DNA from: Octopus vulgaris
Lineage: Eukaryota
Reading direction: 5' to 3'
Length of the DNA: 64,000 bases
Assembly (NCBI GenBank): GCA_951406725.2
Contig: OX597831.1
Span: forward strand, 36,952,001-37,016,000
Positions 1-10,785 of this stretch are shown here, in pieces; the first letter of the stretch is position 1; every line of letters begins with the position of its first letter. A model generated the notes under the pieces. It was not told where the DNA came from, did no database searches, and saw only the letters and a program-made list of their open reading frames with translations. Position numbers and translations under genes: made by a program.

Positions 1-47
1 GATAAACAGAAACTAAAAGAAGCCCGTCATGTATACACACACACACA

Positions 48-502
48 TATTTGAAAAGATTTGTAGACATACCACACTAGTAAGTAGATATTAAAGATAA
101 ACAAAGGTGAATATTCTTTCTTAAAATTGGGTGTGATTTAATTTACATGTTACAGTTCTTTTGAAAAATCCTTATCAAAAATAAATATAAAATATGTGTA
201 AAGAGAAGAGAGCTATTAATAAAATTGAATTAAAGTTAAAATTAAGAATTACTACTGAGTAGTAATTTGCTGTCGCAGTCAGTTGAGCTTGCCATGCCTC
301 CAGAATGAAAGAACCAAATGCTAATGCTAGAAGAAAGGACAGTAAACTATGAATGTTATTCTTAATTTTAATTTTAATTCAATTTTATTAATAGCTCTCT
401 TCTCTTTACACATATTTTATACTTATTTCTGATAAGGTTTTTTCAAAACAACCAAAACATGTAAATTAAAACAGACCTCATTTTTAAGAAAGTAGCATTT
501 TC
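48..502. mobile_element. Fold-back (inverted-arm) insertion, PLE terminal-repeat-like
   Basis: Arms about 108-250 and 356-502 are imperfect reverse complements (aaaatatgtgtaaagagaagagagctattaataaaattgaattaaa / tttaattcaattttattaatagctctcttctctttacacatatttt). The left side extends to about 48. Flanked by (AC)/(AT) tracts. Confidence 0.7.
423..469 (+). ncRNA. Degenerate minimal hammerhead-like motif
   Basis: ttattt-CTGATAA-ggtt..aacc-AAAAC-at-GTA-aattaa: two G>A core changes, 4-bp stem II, palindromic stem III ACATGT. Confidence 0.45.
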
Positions 503-557
503 ATATATATATACACACACACATATATATATATTTATATGTATAAATATATATATG

Positions 558-614
<57 letters not shown>

Positions 615-690
615 TATAGATATAGATATATTTATACATATAAATATATATATATATTTATACACACATATATATATATATATATATATA

Positions 691-1119
691 TTGGTAAAAC
701 GGTAAGATAACAAAAGAAAGAAAGAGACCTCAATATTATGTAAATAGAGGAAATTTATCTATACAATGATATGTTACATAACTCGATAGTCAAGATAAAA
801 CTCTGAGTTTCAGATGCCGAAGTGGGAATCCACGACATCTCTTCGGTTATCTGGCTATTTGAAAACGCTATGAAAAGAAAACCGTTATACAAAGGGAAAT
901 TACTCTGTTATAACTCTGCTTGCCTGCGTACTTATACATCGCTCGCATTTTACGGCGTAATTTTTATGGCGTAAAATGCGAGCGATGTATAAGTACGCAG
1001 GCAAGCAGAGTTATAACAGAGTAATTTCCCTTTGTATAATGGCGTTTTTTCATATGTCGTTTTCAAATAGCCAGATAACCGAAGAGTTTTATCTTGACTA
1101 TCGAGTAATGTAACATATC

Positions 1120-1123
<4 letters not shown>
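691..1123. mobile_element. Fold-back insertion, PLE terminal-repeat-like
   Basis: Arms about 763-953 and 969-1123, with a long near-perfect inner block (ttatacaaagggaaattactctgttataactctgcttgcctgcgtacttatacatcgctcgcattttacg and its reverse complement). Left extension to 691. (AT)n on both sides. Confidence 0.8.
793..852 (-). ncRNA. Hammerhead ribozyme variant (type I, minimal stem III)
   Basis: Minus strand reads agataa-CCGAAGA-gatgtcgtggattcccacttcggcatct-GAAAC-tcaga-GTT-ttatct: 6-bp stem I, extended stem II, U4C core variant. Confidence 0.6.
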
Positions 1124-1176
<53 letters not shown>

Positions 1177-1203
1177 ATTTATACATATAAATATATGTAT
1201 ATA

Positions 1204-1239
<36 letters not shown>

Positions 1240-1242
<3 letters not shown>

Positions 1243-1415
1243 TTTGGGTATGGTAGATGAGTTCACTAAAAATCTAGATTCAGATGAATATGCTGCTTAT
1301 GTTGAAGCACCAGAATTTAGTACAGTGTTATCCATACAATTTCAAAGAAGGGTGATTAAAATCAAAATAGGCAACACCTCTGCATTACCTCTGGATACCC
1401 TTGTTGCCTATTTTG

Positions 1416-1420
<5 letters not shown>
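1240..1420 (-). mobile_element. PLE-like terminal fragment with short inversion (same family as 18918-19213)
   Basis: 1258-1375 is the reverse-complement homologue of 19100-19213 (tagattcagatgaatatg, gcaccagaattt). Mini-arms atcaaaataggcaac / gttgcctattttgat. Confidence 0.6.
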
Positions 1421-1471
<51 letters not shown>

Positions 1472-1489
1472 ATGTATGTATGTATACAT

Positions 1490-2097
1490 TTTACTCTCTC
1501 TTTTGCTCTTTTATTTCTTTCAGCCATTTAACTGTGGCCATGCTGGAGCATCACCTTTAGTCAAGCAAATCGACTACAGGACTTATTCTTTGTAAGCCTA
1601 GTACTTATTCTACCAGTCTCTTTTGCCAAACTGCTAAGTTACTGGTACATAAACACACCAGCATCAGTTGCAGGGACAAACACACACACACACATACATA
1701 TATATATGTACATATGTATTTATGTTTCTGCCTACCAAATCCACAAAACTTTGGTTGGCCCGAGGCTATAGTTGGGTGCCATGAGTGGGACTGAACCCGG
1801 GACCATGTGGTTGGTAAGCAAGCTACTTACCACACATCTACTCCTGTGTCTATATAAGTATATATGCTATTTACTCTCTCTTTTACTGTTTTATTTCTTT
1901 CAGTCATTTGACTGTGGCCATGCTGGAGCACTGCCTTTAGCTGAGCAATTCGATCACAGGACTTATTCTTTGAAAGCCTGGTACTTTTTCTATTGGTCTA
2001 TTCTGCCAAACTGCTAAGTTACAGGGACTTAAGCACACCAACATCGGTTGTCTAGTGATGGTGGGGGACAAACAGACACAAAGAGACATGCACACAG

Positions 2098-2156
<59 letters not shown>

Positions 2157-2320
2157 CAATGGGCTTCTTTAAGCTTCTGTCAACCAAATCCACTCACAAG
2201 TCTTTGACCAGCGCAAGGCTATAGTAGAAGACACCTGCCCAAGGTTTCACGCAGTGAGGCTGAACCTGAAACCATGTGGTTGGTAAGCAAGCTACTTACT
2301 ACACAGCTATTCCTGTGCCT
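1490..2320 (-). mobile_element. Two tandem tRNA-derived SINEs (CORE-like family with internal microsatellite)
   Basis: Copies about 1490-1851 and 1870-2320 match the family repeated throughout the window (cagtcatttgactgcggccatgctggagc ... gaaccatgtggttggtaagcaagctacttaccacacagcc). Confidence 0.85.
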
Positions 2321-2322
2321 AT

Positions 2323-2511
2323 ATATAAAATTCTTAACAAAAATTTATTAATTAAAGGGGAAAATAGGAATACTTCAATGTGGAATCATCATCATCATCA
2401 TCATCATCATCGTTTAACGTCCGATGATGATGATGATGATGATGATGATTCCACATTGAAGTATTCCTATTTTCCCCTTTAATTAATAAATTTTTGTTAA
2501 GAATTTTATAT
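2323..2511. repeat. Perfect 90-bp-arm hairpin centred on a (CAT)n retroposon tail
   Basis: 2323-2412 and 2422-2511 are reverse complements; 9-nt loop tttaacgtc. Confidence 0.9.
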
Positions 2512-2934
2512 GAAAACCATTATATTTTAGGTCTGTTTATTTCTGAGGAAGCTGAATGGAAAGGTGGTGGAAGTACAAAATGGCTGCTGGAAACTGGGCT
2601 GCAATTAGTCAAGGTGGGTCACATGGTGTTATTAGAAAGAAAATACACACACACACACACACACACAGATGAATATATATATTTATATTGTTGCTATTAT
2701 GCAAAAGTGTCATAAGTCCAAAACGTTGCTTTTTCAGAAAATGAAAAAATAGTTTTACCATTCATTAGCAAAACCATTGAAATACACTTTGGCAATTTTT
2801 GATGTCTTGGCATCTGAAGCAGCTGGAGATACGATAGTTTGACCAAAAGTTTGCAAACAAAAATAAATAGTGAAAACATGCATTTGGACACACGACAGTT
2901 TAATATAATAGCAATGATATATCTATATATATAT

Positions 2935-3196
2935 GAGGATAATATCGATATTTAAGTCTCAATATTATCAAGTGGCCAGCATGGAAAAAATACCGTACAA
3001 AGGTAATAATTTTTAACAATTAAAAATGAGGGTGTCTATGAGACACCAACATGCCGAAATAGCAGTCGAAATTCTGACTATAAAACCACGTTAAGTGGTT
3101 TTATCTCATGGTACGATATGAACACTTAAAGTGGTTCTATAGTCAGAATTTCGACTGCTATTTCGGCATGTTGGTGTCTCTTAGACACCCTCATTC

Positions 3197-3202
<6 letters not shown>
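2935..3202. mobile_element. Fold-back insertion
   Basis: Arms about 3018-3098 and 3121-3202 (atgagggtgtct..agacaccaacatgccgaaatagcagtcgaaattctgactata and its reverse complement). Left extension, (AT)n flanks. Confidence 0.75.
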
Positions 3203-3226
<24 letters not shown>

Positions 3227-3227
<1 letters not shown>

Positions 3228-3534
3228 ACGTGATCACGTTACCGACCAGGCTATCAGATGTTGCTACACATCGCTGGTCACAATGCCCTTCGCATAGTTT
3301 TAGTCATCAAGTGATATCACCCCACTGGCTAAGCGAGCAGGCCAACAGAAGAAAGAATGAGAGAAAGTTGTGGTGAAAGAGTACAGCAGGGATCGCCATC
3401 ACCCCCTGCAGGAGCCTCGTGGAGCTTGAGGTGTTTTCACTCAATAAACACTCACAATGCCCGGTCTGGGAATTGAAACCGTGATCCTACAACCGTGAGT
3501 CCACTGCCCAAACACTGGGCCATTGCGTCTCCAC
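3227..3534 (-). mobile_element. tRNA-derived SINE (gtggaggcgcaatggcccagtggtt head family)
   Basis: Head with A/B-box-like motifs homologous to the copies at 47018 and 49476. Confidence 0.8.
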
Positions 3535-3556
3535 ACACACACACACAGACACACAG

Positions 3557-3587
<31 letters not shown>

Positions 3588-3590
3588 CAC

Positions 3591-3637
<47 letters not shown>

Positions 3638-4396
3638 CATATATATACATGCACACACACATATATTCAGTGGGTTTCCACACAGTTTCTCTCTGCTGGA
3701 TTCCACTCACAAGACATCATCTTAAGGTTATCCTAGAAGACACTTGCACAGGGTGCTCGTTAATCAGATTGAACCCTGGACGAAGTGCTTTGAAAGTGGA
3801 TGTCTTAATCACACTGCCATGTCTGCACCCTCAGGTACTGAATGAACGTGTAAGAGGAGTTCTCAAATTTTATAGCTATTGCATTGAAAATACCAGCTAC
3901 CATCCCATTCTCCCCACCATTTATTGTTCATTTCACAACACACTGCCATTATCTCTGTTTATAGAGTGATTTCCTTTATATGATTGATTTTTGAGATCAA
4001 ATCCTTTAAAAAAATAAGAAGAACTCTCACAGGGAAAATAGCAGAACATAACTAAGATTTAAATTAGATAAACAAAATCATTAAAAAAAAAACAACAACC
4101 GCAAATTAATTATAATGTTATTTAGAAATATTGAATATAAAATTTGTTAACAAAAATTGATTAATTAACTTAACAAAAAAAAACCCCACAAATATATAAT
4201 AGCCAGAAAGCAAATGAAGTGAAAGAGTTATAATAATAATAAAAAAAAATACATGATAATCTTAGTTATTTGTTCTTAATCATTATCAAATTAATCTTAA
4301 AAGTTGTCTTTTTGTATTTTTTATTTCTCAGATGAGCATCCTGAAATTTAGTCAAAGTGAAAAGGATATTAGAGACAAAATGAAATGAATAGTCTC

Positions 4397-4551
<155 letters not shown>

Positions 4552-5304
4552 AAAGGTGTTTGTGGTTTATGAATAAAATAATACTGGAATCACACCATTT
4601 TATTATTCTTCCATTTTTTTTTTTAGTTTTAATTTTCTAAACTGACATTTCAGTTCCAAGAACTCCTTTAGAATTGGGCACATCATAGGTTATTATCTTA
4701 AATTCCCTTTTATAACTTTAACATAATTTTTTCTCCCTTTCCTTCATTATTATTATTTTTGTTTTTGATGTTGTTGTTTAGAATCTCTTTTTAAATTTGT
4801 TGCTAGTATTCATCTCCCTGTTATTGAAAGAATTAATTTTCAGGGTGGATTATTCAGAGAAAGACAAAGAATGTTGTGTTGAAGAATGGATTTCTGGGGA
4901 AATAATAATATTATTTTTTAAAAATATTCTACAACATGAACAATTTTTTTATAATCCTTTCCTGTCTGTATTCATTCAAAGCTGAAACCACTGAGATATT
5001 TTTGTAGTTAATGTTGCAATTCTTATTAACTTTTCTGTTTTTTTGTACCTCTTTTCTTTGTTTTTATTATTATTATCTTCACCATTACATTTTCTTGATA
5101 TTTGTCTTCCCAATACATAATTGATATTGTTTTATACAAATCGTTCTTGTAACACAAAATCTTTCAATGGAAGTTTTGAAAATTATTATTCAGTTATATG
5201 ATTTTATTAAAGGCAAAAACAAAAAAAAATGTAAAAATGTAAAACAAATCATCAGCTCATTAATTACATAAGTAGATTAATTTCATAAGTAGATTTAGTG
5301 CATT

Positions 5305-5718
5305 TACTCATACTGTTTTACTTGTTTCAGTCATGTGACTGTGGCCATGCTGGAGCACTGCATTTAGTCAAGCAAATCGACCCCAGGACTTATTCTTTGT
5401 AAGCCTAGTTCTTATTCTATCGGTCTCTTTTGCTGAAGTGCTAAGTTACGGGGACGTAAACACACCAGCATCGGTTGTCAAGTGATGTTGGTGGGGGGGC
5501 AAACACAGACACACATATACACACACAGATATATATATATATATACATATATATGATGGGATTCTTTCAGTTTCATCTACCAAATCCACTCACAAGGCTT
5601 TAGTCAGCCCGAGGCTATAGTAGAAGACACTTGCTGAAGATGCCACACAGTGGGACTGAACCCAGAACCATGTGGTTCATAAGCAAGCTACTTATCACAC
5701 AGCCACTCCTATTCCTGT
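5305..5718 (-). mobile_element. tRNA-derived SINE (CORE-like family)
   Basis: Full-length match to the family, with several CpG>TpG/CpA changes. Confidence 0.85.
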
Positions 5719-6003
5719 ATAAGCCAACTTATGTATAAGCTGTGCTTCAATTTAGCGTTAAATCTTGGTACATGTTATTTTCCCTTCATAGATTTAGCTT
5801 TGCCTCATGTAGAAGTCAAACCCCAGTTTTTTCATTTGAGATCTAATATAAAATAGTGTGAGTTGGTGCAGTAAGTAATTAATAATTATGAGATATCATA
5901 AATAGAACTTGACTATTGTTTAGCTCCATGGCTAATTTATATTCAATGTGGTGTCTAGGCACGTTTACCCAATCTCTTATACTAATACACTGTATCCAGG
6001 ACC

Positions 6004-6739
6004 CAGGGCTGTCTTAACTATATTATTGGCCCCTGGACACATCAATGCTCTGCTCACTGTAGTATTTATTGAGTTGTCTGGAAAGTTCGTGCCGATTTTT
6101 AAAGGAAAGAAAAAGGTCAATAAATACTTGCAATTACATCTTTAATCAACCAAATATGAACCATTTTGTTGGACAATGCATCTCCATCTTTACTTTAACT
6201 TGAAAATATCCTCTTCCCAGAATTGAGGTAGTTTCATGGCAAAGAATTCATTAAGGTATCTTCTACATCATCCAAGGAATTGAAATTTTTACCATTAAGA
6301 CTATTCTGCACAGACCTGAATAAGTGGAAATCCAAAGGAGCAATATCTGGTGAATATGTAGGGTGGGGTAACATATCTCAGCTGAACTGCAGCAATTTTT
6401 TCTGGTTCCCAAAGCATCAAATACCGAAAAGGAACTTTCTAATCTTCCATTTTAAAGGGTTACAGAATTAACACAGGTTATAGGAACATAAAACTACTTC
6501 CACAAAAAAGTAGCTGAAACTGTGCTCTAAATGGAGGTGTAGTCAAATCCTGTTTTCTGGACTCAACCATGTTCTAAAATAAGCCGAAATGTAAGCTACT
6601 ATAAATTGGCACAAACTTTCTGGACAACCCAATATTCATTGCCAGCATGTCACAACATACATAGATCATAACTGGGCTCCTAGACCCTTGAGGCCCCTGG
6701 GCAATAGACCAATGTGCCCATGGCCCTATGACAGCACTG
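6004..6739. mobile_element. hAT-like MITE carrying a nested mariner derivative
   Basis: Termini CAGGGCTGTCTTA / TATGACAGCACTG; 8-bp flanks ccaggacc / tcaagacc (6 of 8 match). Confidence 0.55.
6069..6632 (-). mobile_element. Internally deleted mariner (non-autonomous)
   Basis: TA-flanked TIRs ttgagttgtctggaaagttcgtgccgattt / aaattggcacaaactttctggacaacccaa; homologous over its full length to 57461-58026. Confidence 0.85.
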
Positions 6740-7171
6740 TCAAGACCTCACAATACAATGTGATCCTTCTTTTGCTTTAAATGACAGGGTATGATTTGAG
6801 AGATACTTGGCTTTAATTTCTGGTAATCTTTTTTCAAGCACAGAAGTTATTTCTGTACTTATGAGAGGACTTAGTTGCAGACACTAATGCAAGGTAACAC
6901 AAAGTATGTTCAAACCTGAAACAATGTGGTCACAAGCTTAATTCCCTTACCACACAGCCATAGAGCTATTCCTCTAACCAAAAATACATTCTTTATCATC
7001 TTATGTTTAAAGATCAAGCCTGCATTAGTGGGTTAGCTTCCAGAAGGACAATAACAGCAACAGTAAGAACAACCATCATAAGGCAGTTCTGTATTTAAGA
7101 GATGAGGAATTATGTACATTATTTACATTATTTACATTCAACGGGTATTTGTCCTCATCTTGTTTGTTGTT

Positions 7172-7217
7172 AACACAACATTTCAGCTGATATACCCTCC
7201 AGCCTTCATCAGGTGTC
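7172..7217 (-). ncRNA. Minimal type-I hammerhead ribozyme
   Basis: gacac-CTGATGA-a-ggctg..cagct-GAAAT-GT-T-gtgtt; stem I gacac/gtgtt, stem II 5 bp. Confidence 0.65.
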
Positions 7218-7451
7218 TTGGGGAAATTTTGAACCTGGGTTCTCATTCCTAAGGAATTTTTCGATGTTATTATTATTATTATTATTCAGGTCACTGCCTG
7301 GAATCAAACTTGGAATCTTGGGTTTAGTATCCTGTGCTCTTAACCACTATGTCATATGCCCGTGGACATGTGGCAAAGTGGTTAAGAGCACGGGATACTA
7401 ACCCCAAGTTCTTGAGTTTAATTCCAAGCAGTGACCTAAATAATAATAATA

Positions 7452-7521
<70 letters not shown>

Positions 7522-7607
7522 GAAGAAGAAGAAGAAGAATCATAATAATAATAATAACATTGAAAAAATACCTTAGGATTGAAAACCCAGGTTCGAAATT
7601 TTCCCAA

Positions 7608-7653
7608 GACACCTGATGAAGGATGGAGGATATATCATCTGAAATGTCGTATA
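7608..7653 (+). ncRNA. Minimal type-I hammerhead ribozyme
   Basis: gacac-CTGATGA-a-ggatg..catct-GAAAT-GT-C-gtat; stem II has a compensatory C-G to A-T change relative to the other copies. Confidence 0.6.
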
Positions 7654-7819
7654 AACAACAAACGAGATGAGGACAAATATCCGTCAAATGTAAATAACGT
7701 AAATAGTGAGCTATCATAAGGATCAAAATGTTAATAACAGTTGATATCATGTCCTTGAGTCTTTCTTTGTTCCAACCACCACTTGACAACCTGTGTTGGT
7801 GTGTTTATATCCCTGTAAC

Positions 7820-8045
7820 CCACAAAATTATCCACTATCATTCCAATAACGACCTTGGGCACCTTTTTGAATTCCATAGGTCTAACGCTCATGGGCATGC
7901 TTACAAAATCCAAAAAAAACCCCCAAAAAGACACAGCTTCCATGACTTTCAGAAACATTTTTTCCTGCTCAGAATTGCTGAAGCATGGAATAAACTACCT
8001 GCATCAGGCGTTGGTTGTCAGGACACTGGACACTTCCTTTCTTAA
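7820..8045 (+). pseudogene. CR1/L2-group LINE ORF2 C-terminal fragment
   Basis: HGHAYKIQK..HFFLLRIAEAWNKLP matches the CR1-type RGHxxKL..FFxxRVxxxWNxLP motif. Confidence 0.75.
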
Positions 8046-8601
8046 ATGTCTCTACCACATTTTGCTTTGGTCTGTCACTCATGTTCAGTACCTCACTGTT
8101 GCTTGCAATGCATTTGAAATAATTACTGACAATCCTGGGTTTGTCACTCAAATTGGATTATTTTCTTCATTTGGTAAAATGTTTGTGGGTGGAGTTGCAG
8201 TTGTTAACAGAATTGTTCATATTGTTCTTACTGATGCTTTTAATTGCAAAGATATATTCTGTTTTGAAAACTGGATTTTCTTATCAAGTTGTAAGTTATC
8301 TTTTTATTTTCTCCTTTTGTTTGTTATCTTTGTAATTACATGCATCTTCACATTTTTGAGAGGATTTTTGTCTGATAAGAAACCAACAATCTTGAGCTGA
8401 TGTAAACGAAATCAGAAAAATAATGTTATGTCCAAAAGTGACAGATGGCATGTCTTTCTCTCGTAGTTTGTAGTAGATCTGCAACAAAATTATTTCCCCA
8501 GTTTTGCTTTCTCAAATTCTCAAAGCTCATTAAACACACATCTACTTTCAGCAACATCTAATAAAATCAAAATACCAGTAATAATAATAATAGTAATGAT
8601 C

Positions 8602-8647
<46 letters not shown>

Positions 8648-9422
8648 CAACAACAACAATCATGATGATGATGATAATAATATGTCTTGGTATAAAAGAT
8701 GGGCTACAGCAAATATTCTGCTTAATACGACAGATTTGCTTGTCAGTTGTTTGACCTTAACCAGTTGAGCATGTCTCTTAGTGGCTGACGATATGTGCAT
8801 CTCTGATCACAAGCAGAAGTAGTGGGGGAGCATCATAGCCATGTGTTGAGAGGGATTGTTTGGGGTTTCAATAATTCACCCCTGGGAACATGGGTGGTTC
8901 GTTCAATATCCTTAAACAAATCTTATTCAGGGACCTTTTGAGTGGGATGGGTTACTCGGCCAGAAGAAAATTCTAATTGGGCCCCACCTGGAAAGTCATG
9001 TGCTGCCTATCTTGATATGAGATCACCATGTCGCACACATATGGTTGTGATGCCTGTGCCTAGCGTACCCTTATCAGACAGGTGGTCATGATGGGTATAC
9101 TGGGCTTCGTATATTTTACCCCAGTGTCACTTTAATGGCATGCACTGCTCTCTCACTCAATAATAACAATAAAATTCTGTGCTGCATGAGATGCAGCATG
9201 GAATTTTTTCAGTGAACAGGTCGAGATCTCTAAGAGACGAAAATATTTTGGCAAAATAAATTTAAATGTTGAAGTGAATCTAACGGTTTTTTGTGTGTTT
9301 CTTAAATGGCTTATAAACACCTTCCACGCTGCAATTGTTTTCATTCCAGCACATGATCTCAGATCAGGTCACTTGCTATGCAAGTACATCTCCATAAAAT
9401 AATAATAATAATAATGATAATT

Positions 9423-9826
9423 TTTGGCACAAGGCTAGTAATTTCAGGGGATGGGCTAAGTCAATTATATCGCTCCCAGTGTTCAACTGGTACTTGTTCT
9501 ACTGACTCTGAAACAATGAAAGAAAAAGTCGAACTCAGCAGAATTTAAACTCAGAACACAAAAACAGATAGAATACAGTTAAGCATTTTACCCTCCGTGC
9601 TAATGATTCTGCCAGCTTGCTCTACTGCAGACACAAGCCCTAAAATTTTATTAGAGGCAGAGTCTACTTGATTACATTGACCCCCAGTACTCAACAGGTT
9701 CTTATTTTATTGACCCTGAAAGGATGGAAGGCAAAATTGAACCCAGCAGAATTTGAACTTAGAATGTGAATCAGAAAAAAATGTTGCTTCATATTTTGTG
9801 TGGCAGGTTAATGATTCTACAAGCTC
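9423..9826 (-). mobile_element. Two tandem decayed Nin-domain-like SINEs
   Basis: Homologous to 49065-49297 (ctggtactt..gacccc..aaggatgaaaggcaaagtcgacctcggc); CpG-depleted. Confidence 0.7.
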
Positions 9827-9984
9827 TGCAAAATGGCGAAGATTGAGTTGATTGTCAGACAGAGCACAAACACACTCATACATAGAGTTTTAAACCATTT
9901 ACTCAAAATCAATGGTTGCTCTGTTAGAATCATACTCGAGCCATCAGATATCCAACGATGCTATTTATTCTTCTTTTCTTTTAT

Positions 9985-10184
9985 CCTTTTACTTGTTTCA
10001 ATCATTTGACTGTGACCATGCTGGAGCACCGCCTTTAGTCGAGCAAATCGACCCCAGAACTTATTCATTCTTTGTAAGCCTAGTACTTATTCTATCGGTC
10101 TCTTTTGTTGAACCGCTAAGTTACAGGCACGTAAACATACCAGCATTGGTTGTCAAGCACACACACACATACATAGATACATAT

Positions 10185-10226
<42 letters not shown>

Positions 10227-10385
10227 GAAGGGCTTCTTTCAGTTTCCGTCTACCAAATTCACTCACATGGCTTTGGTTGGCCCAAGGCTATAGTAGAAGA
10301 CACTTGCCCAGAAGACAGTGGGACTGAACCCAGGACCATGAGGTTGGTAGGCAAGCTACTTACCACACAGCCACTCCTGCACCTA
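9985..10385 (-). mobile_element. tRNA-derived SINE (CORE-like family)
   Basis: Family match; accounts for much of the 264-aa ORF at 9912-10706. Confidence 0.85.
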
Positions 10386-10604
10386 TTATTTACAACTGCA
10401 TGCAATATATCAGTAAAGAGACTAATTCCAGTTGGAGGTCATATTAAATACCAATCTAATCTTTGCTTCATTTTAAATAACAGCCACACCTTCTTCAATA
10501 ACACCCAACTATCTAAGAAATGGGAAGGTTACATTAGAGAATGCAAACAAATGTATCATGAAAAAGATAGGATGGTCTTAGCTGGAATATTTTTTACATA
10601 TGTG

Positions 10605-10785
10605 TTTCTTTATTACCCACAAGGGGCTAAACATAGAAGGGACAAACAAGGACAGACAAATGGATTAAGTCGATTACATCGACCCCAGTGCGTAACTGGT
10701 ACTTAATTTATCACCCCCAAAAGGATGAAAGGCAATGTTGACCTCGGCAGAATTTGAACTCAGAATGTAACGGCAGACGAAATAT
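10605..10785 (-). mobile_element. Nin-domain-like SINE, 3' part
   Basis: Very similar to 44025-44210. Confidence 0.8.

Larger units (their letters stand above)
7084..7705. mobile_element. Head-to-head inverted pair of tRNA-headed, hammerhead-bearing elements
   Basis: 7084-7360 (-) and 7365-7705 (+) are diverged reverse complements about the axis catatgcccgtggacatgtg. Each arm has an A/B-box head, (AAT)n, a hammerhead and a tgtaaataa tail. Confidence 0.85.

Noticed and set aside
2540-2860. Possible minus-strand exons (e.g. TFGQTIVSPAASDAKTSKIAKVYFNGFANEW)
   Set aside because: The acceptor reads gcaa rather than gcag, I recognise no homology, and no gene model can be built without RNA data.
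3018-3075. Hammerhead-like atgag..ccGAAATagcaGTC in the 2935-3202 hairpin
   Set aside because: No CUGA, no stem I, and it would read inward, unlike the supported motifs.
4580-8560. Coding-like minus-strand stretches at 4580-5200 and 8050-8560, and the + strand ORF 7855-8400
   Set aside because: The minus-strand frames I read contain stops and no domain is recognisable; could be a decayed gene but is unsupported.
8687-9400. Complex-sequence blocks between (AAT)n tracts, checked for ribozyme cores
   Set aside because: CTGACGA and CTGATAA occur without a matching GAAA-GUH and helices; probably interspersed repeats, but single-copy here so not classified.
9912-10706. Longest ORF (264 aa)
   Set aside because: Runs through a CORE-like SINE, a microsatellite and a Nin-like SINE; no protein motif.
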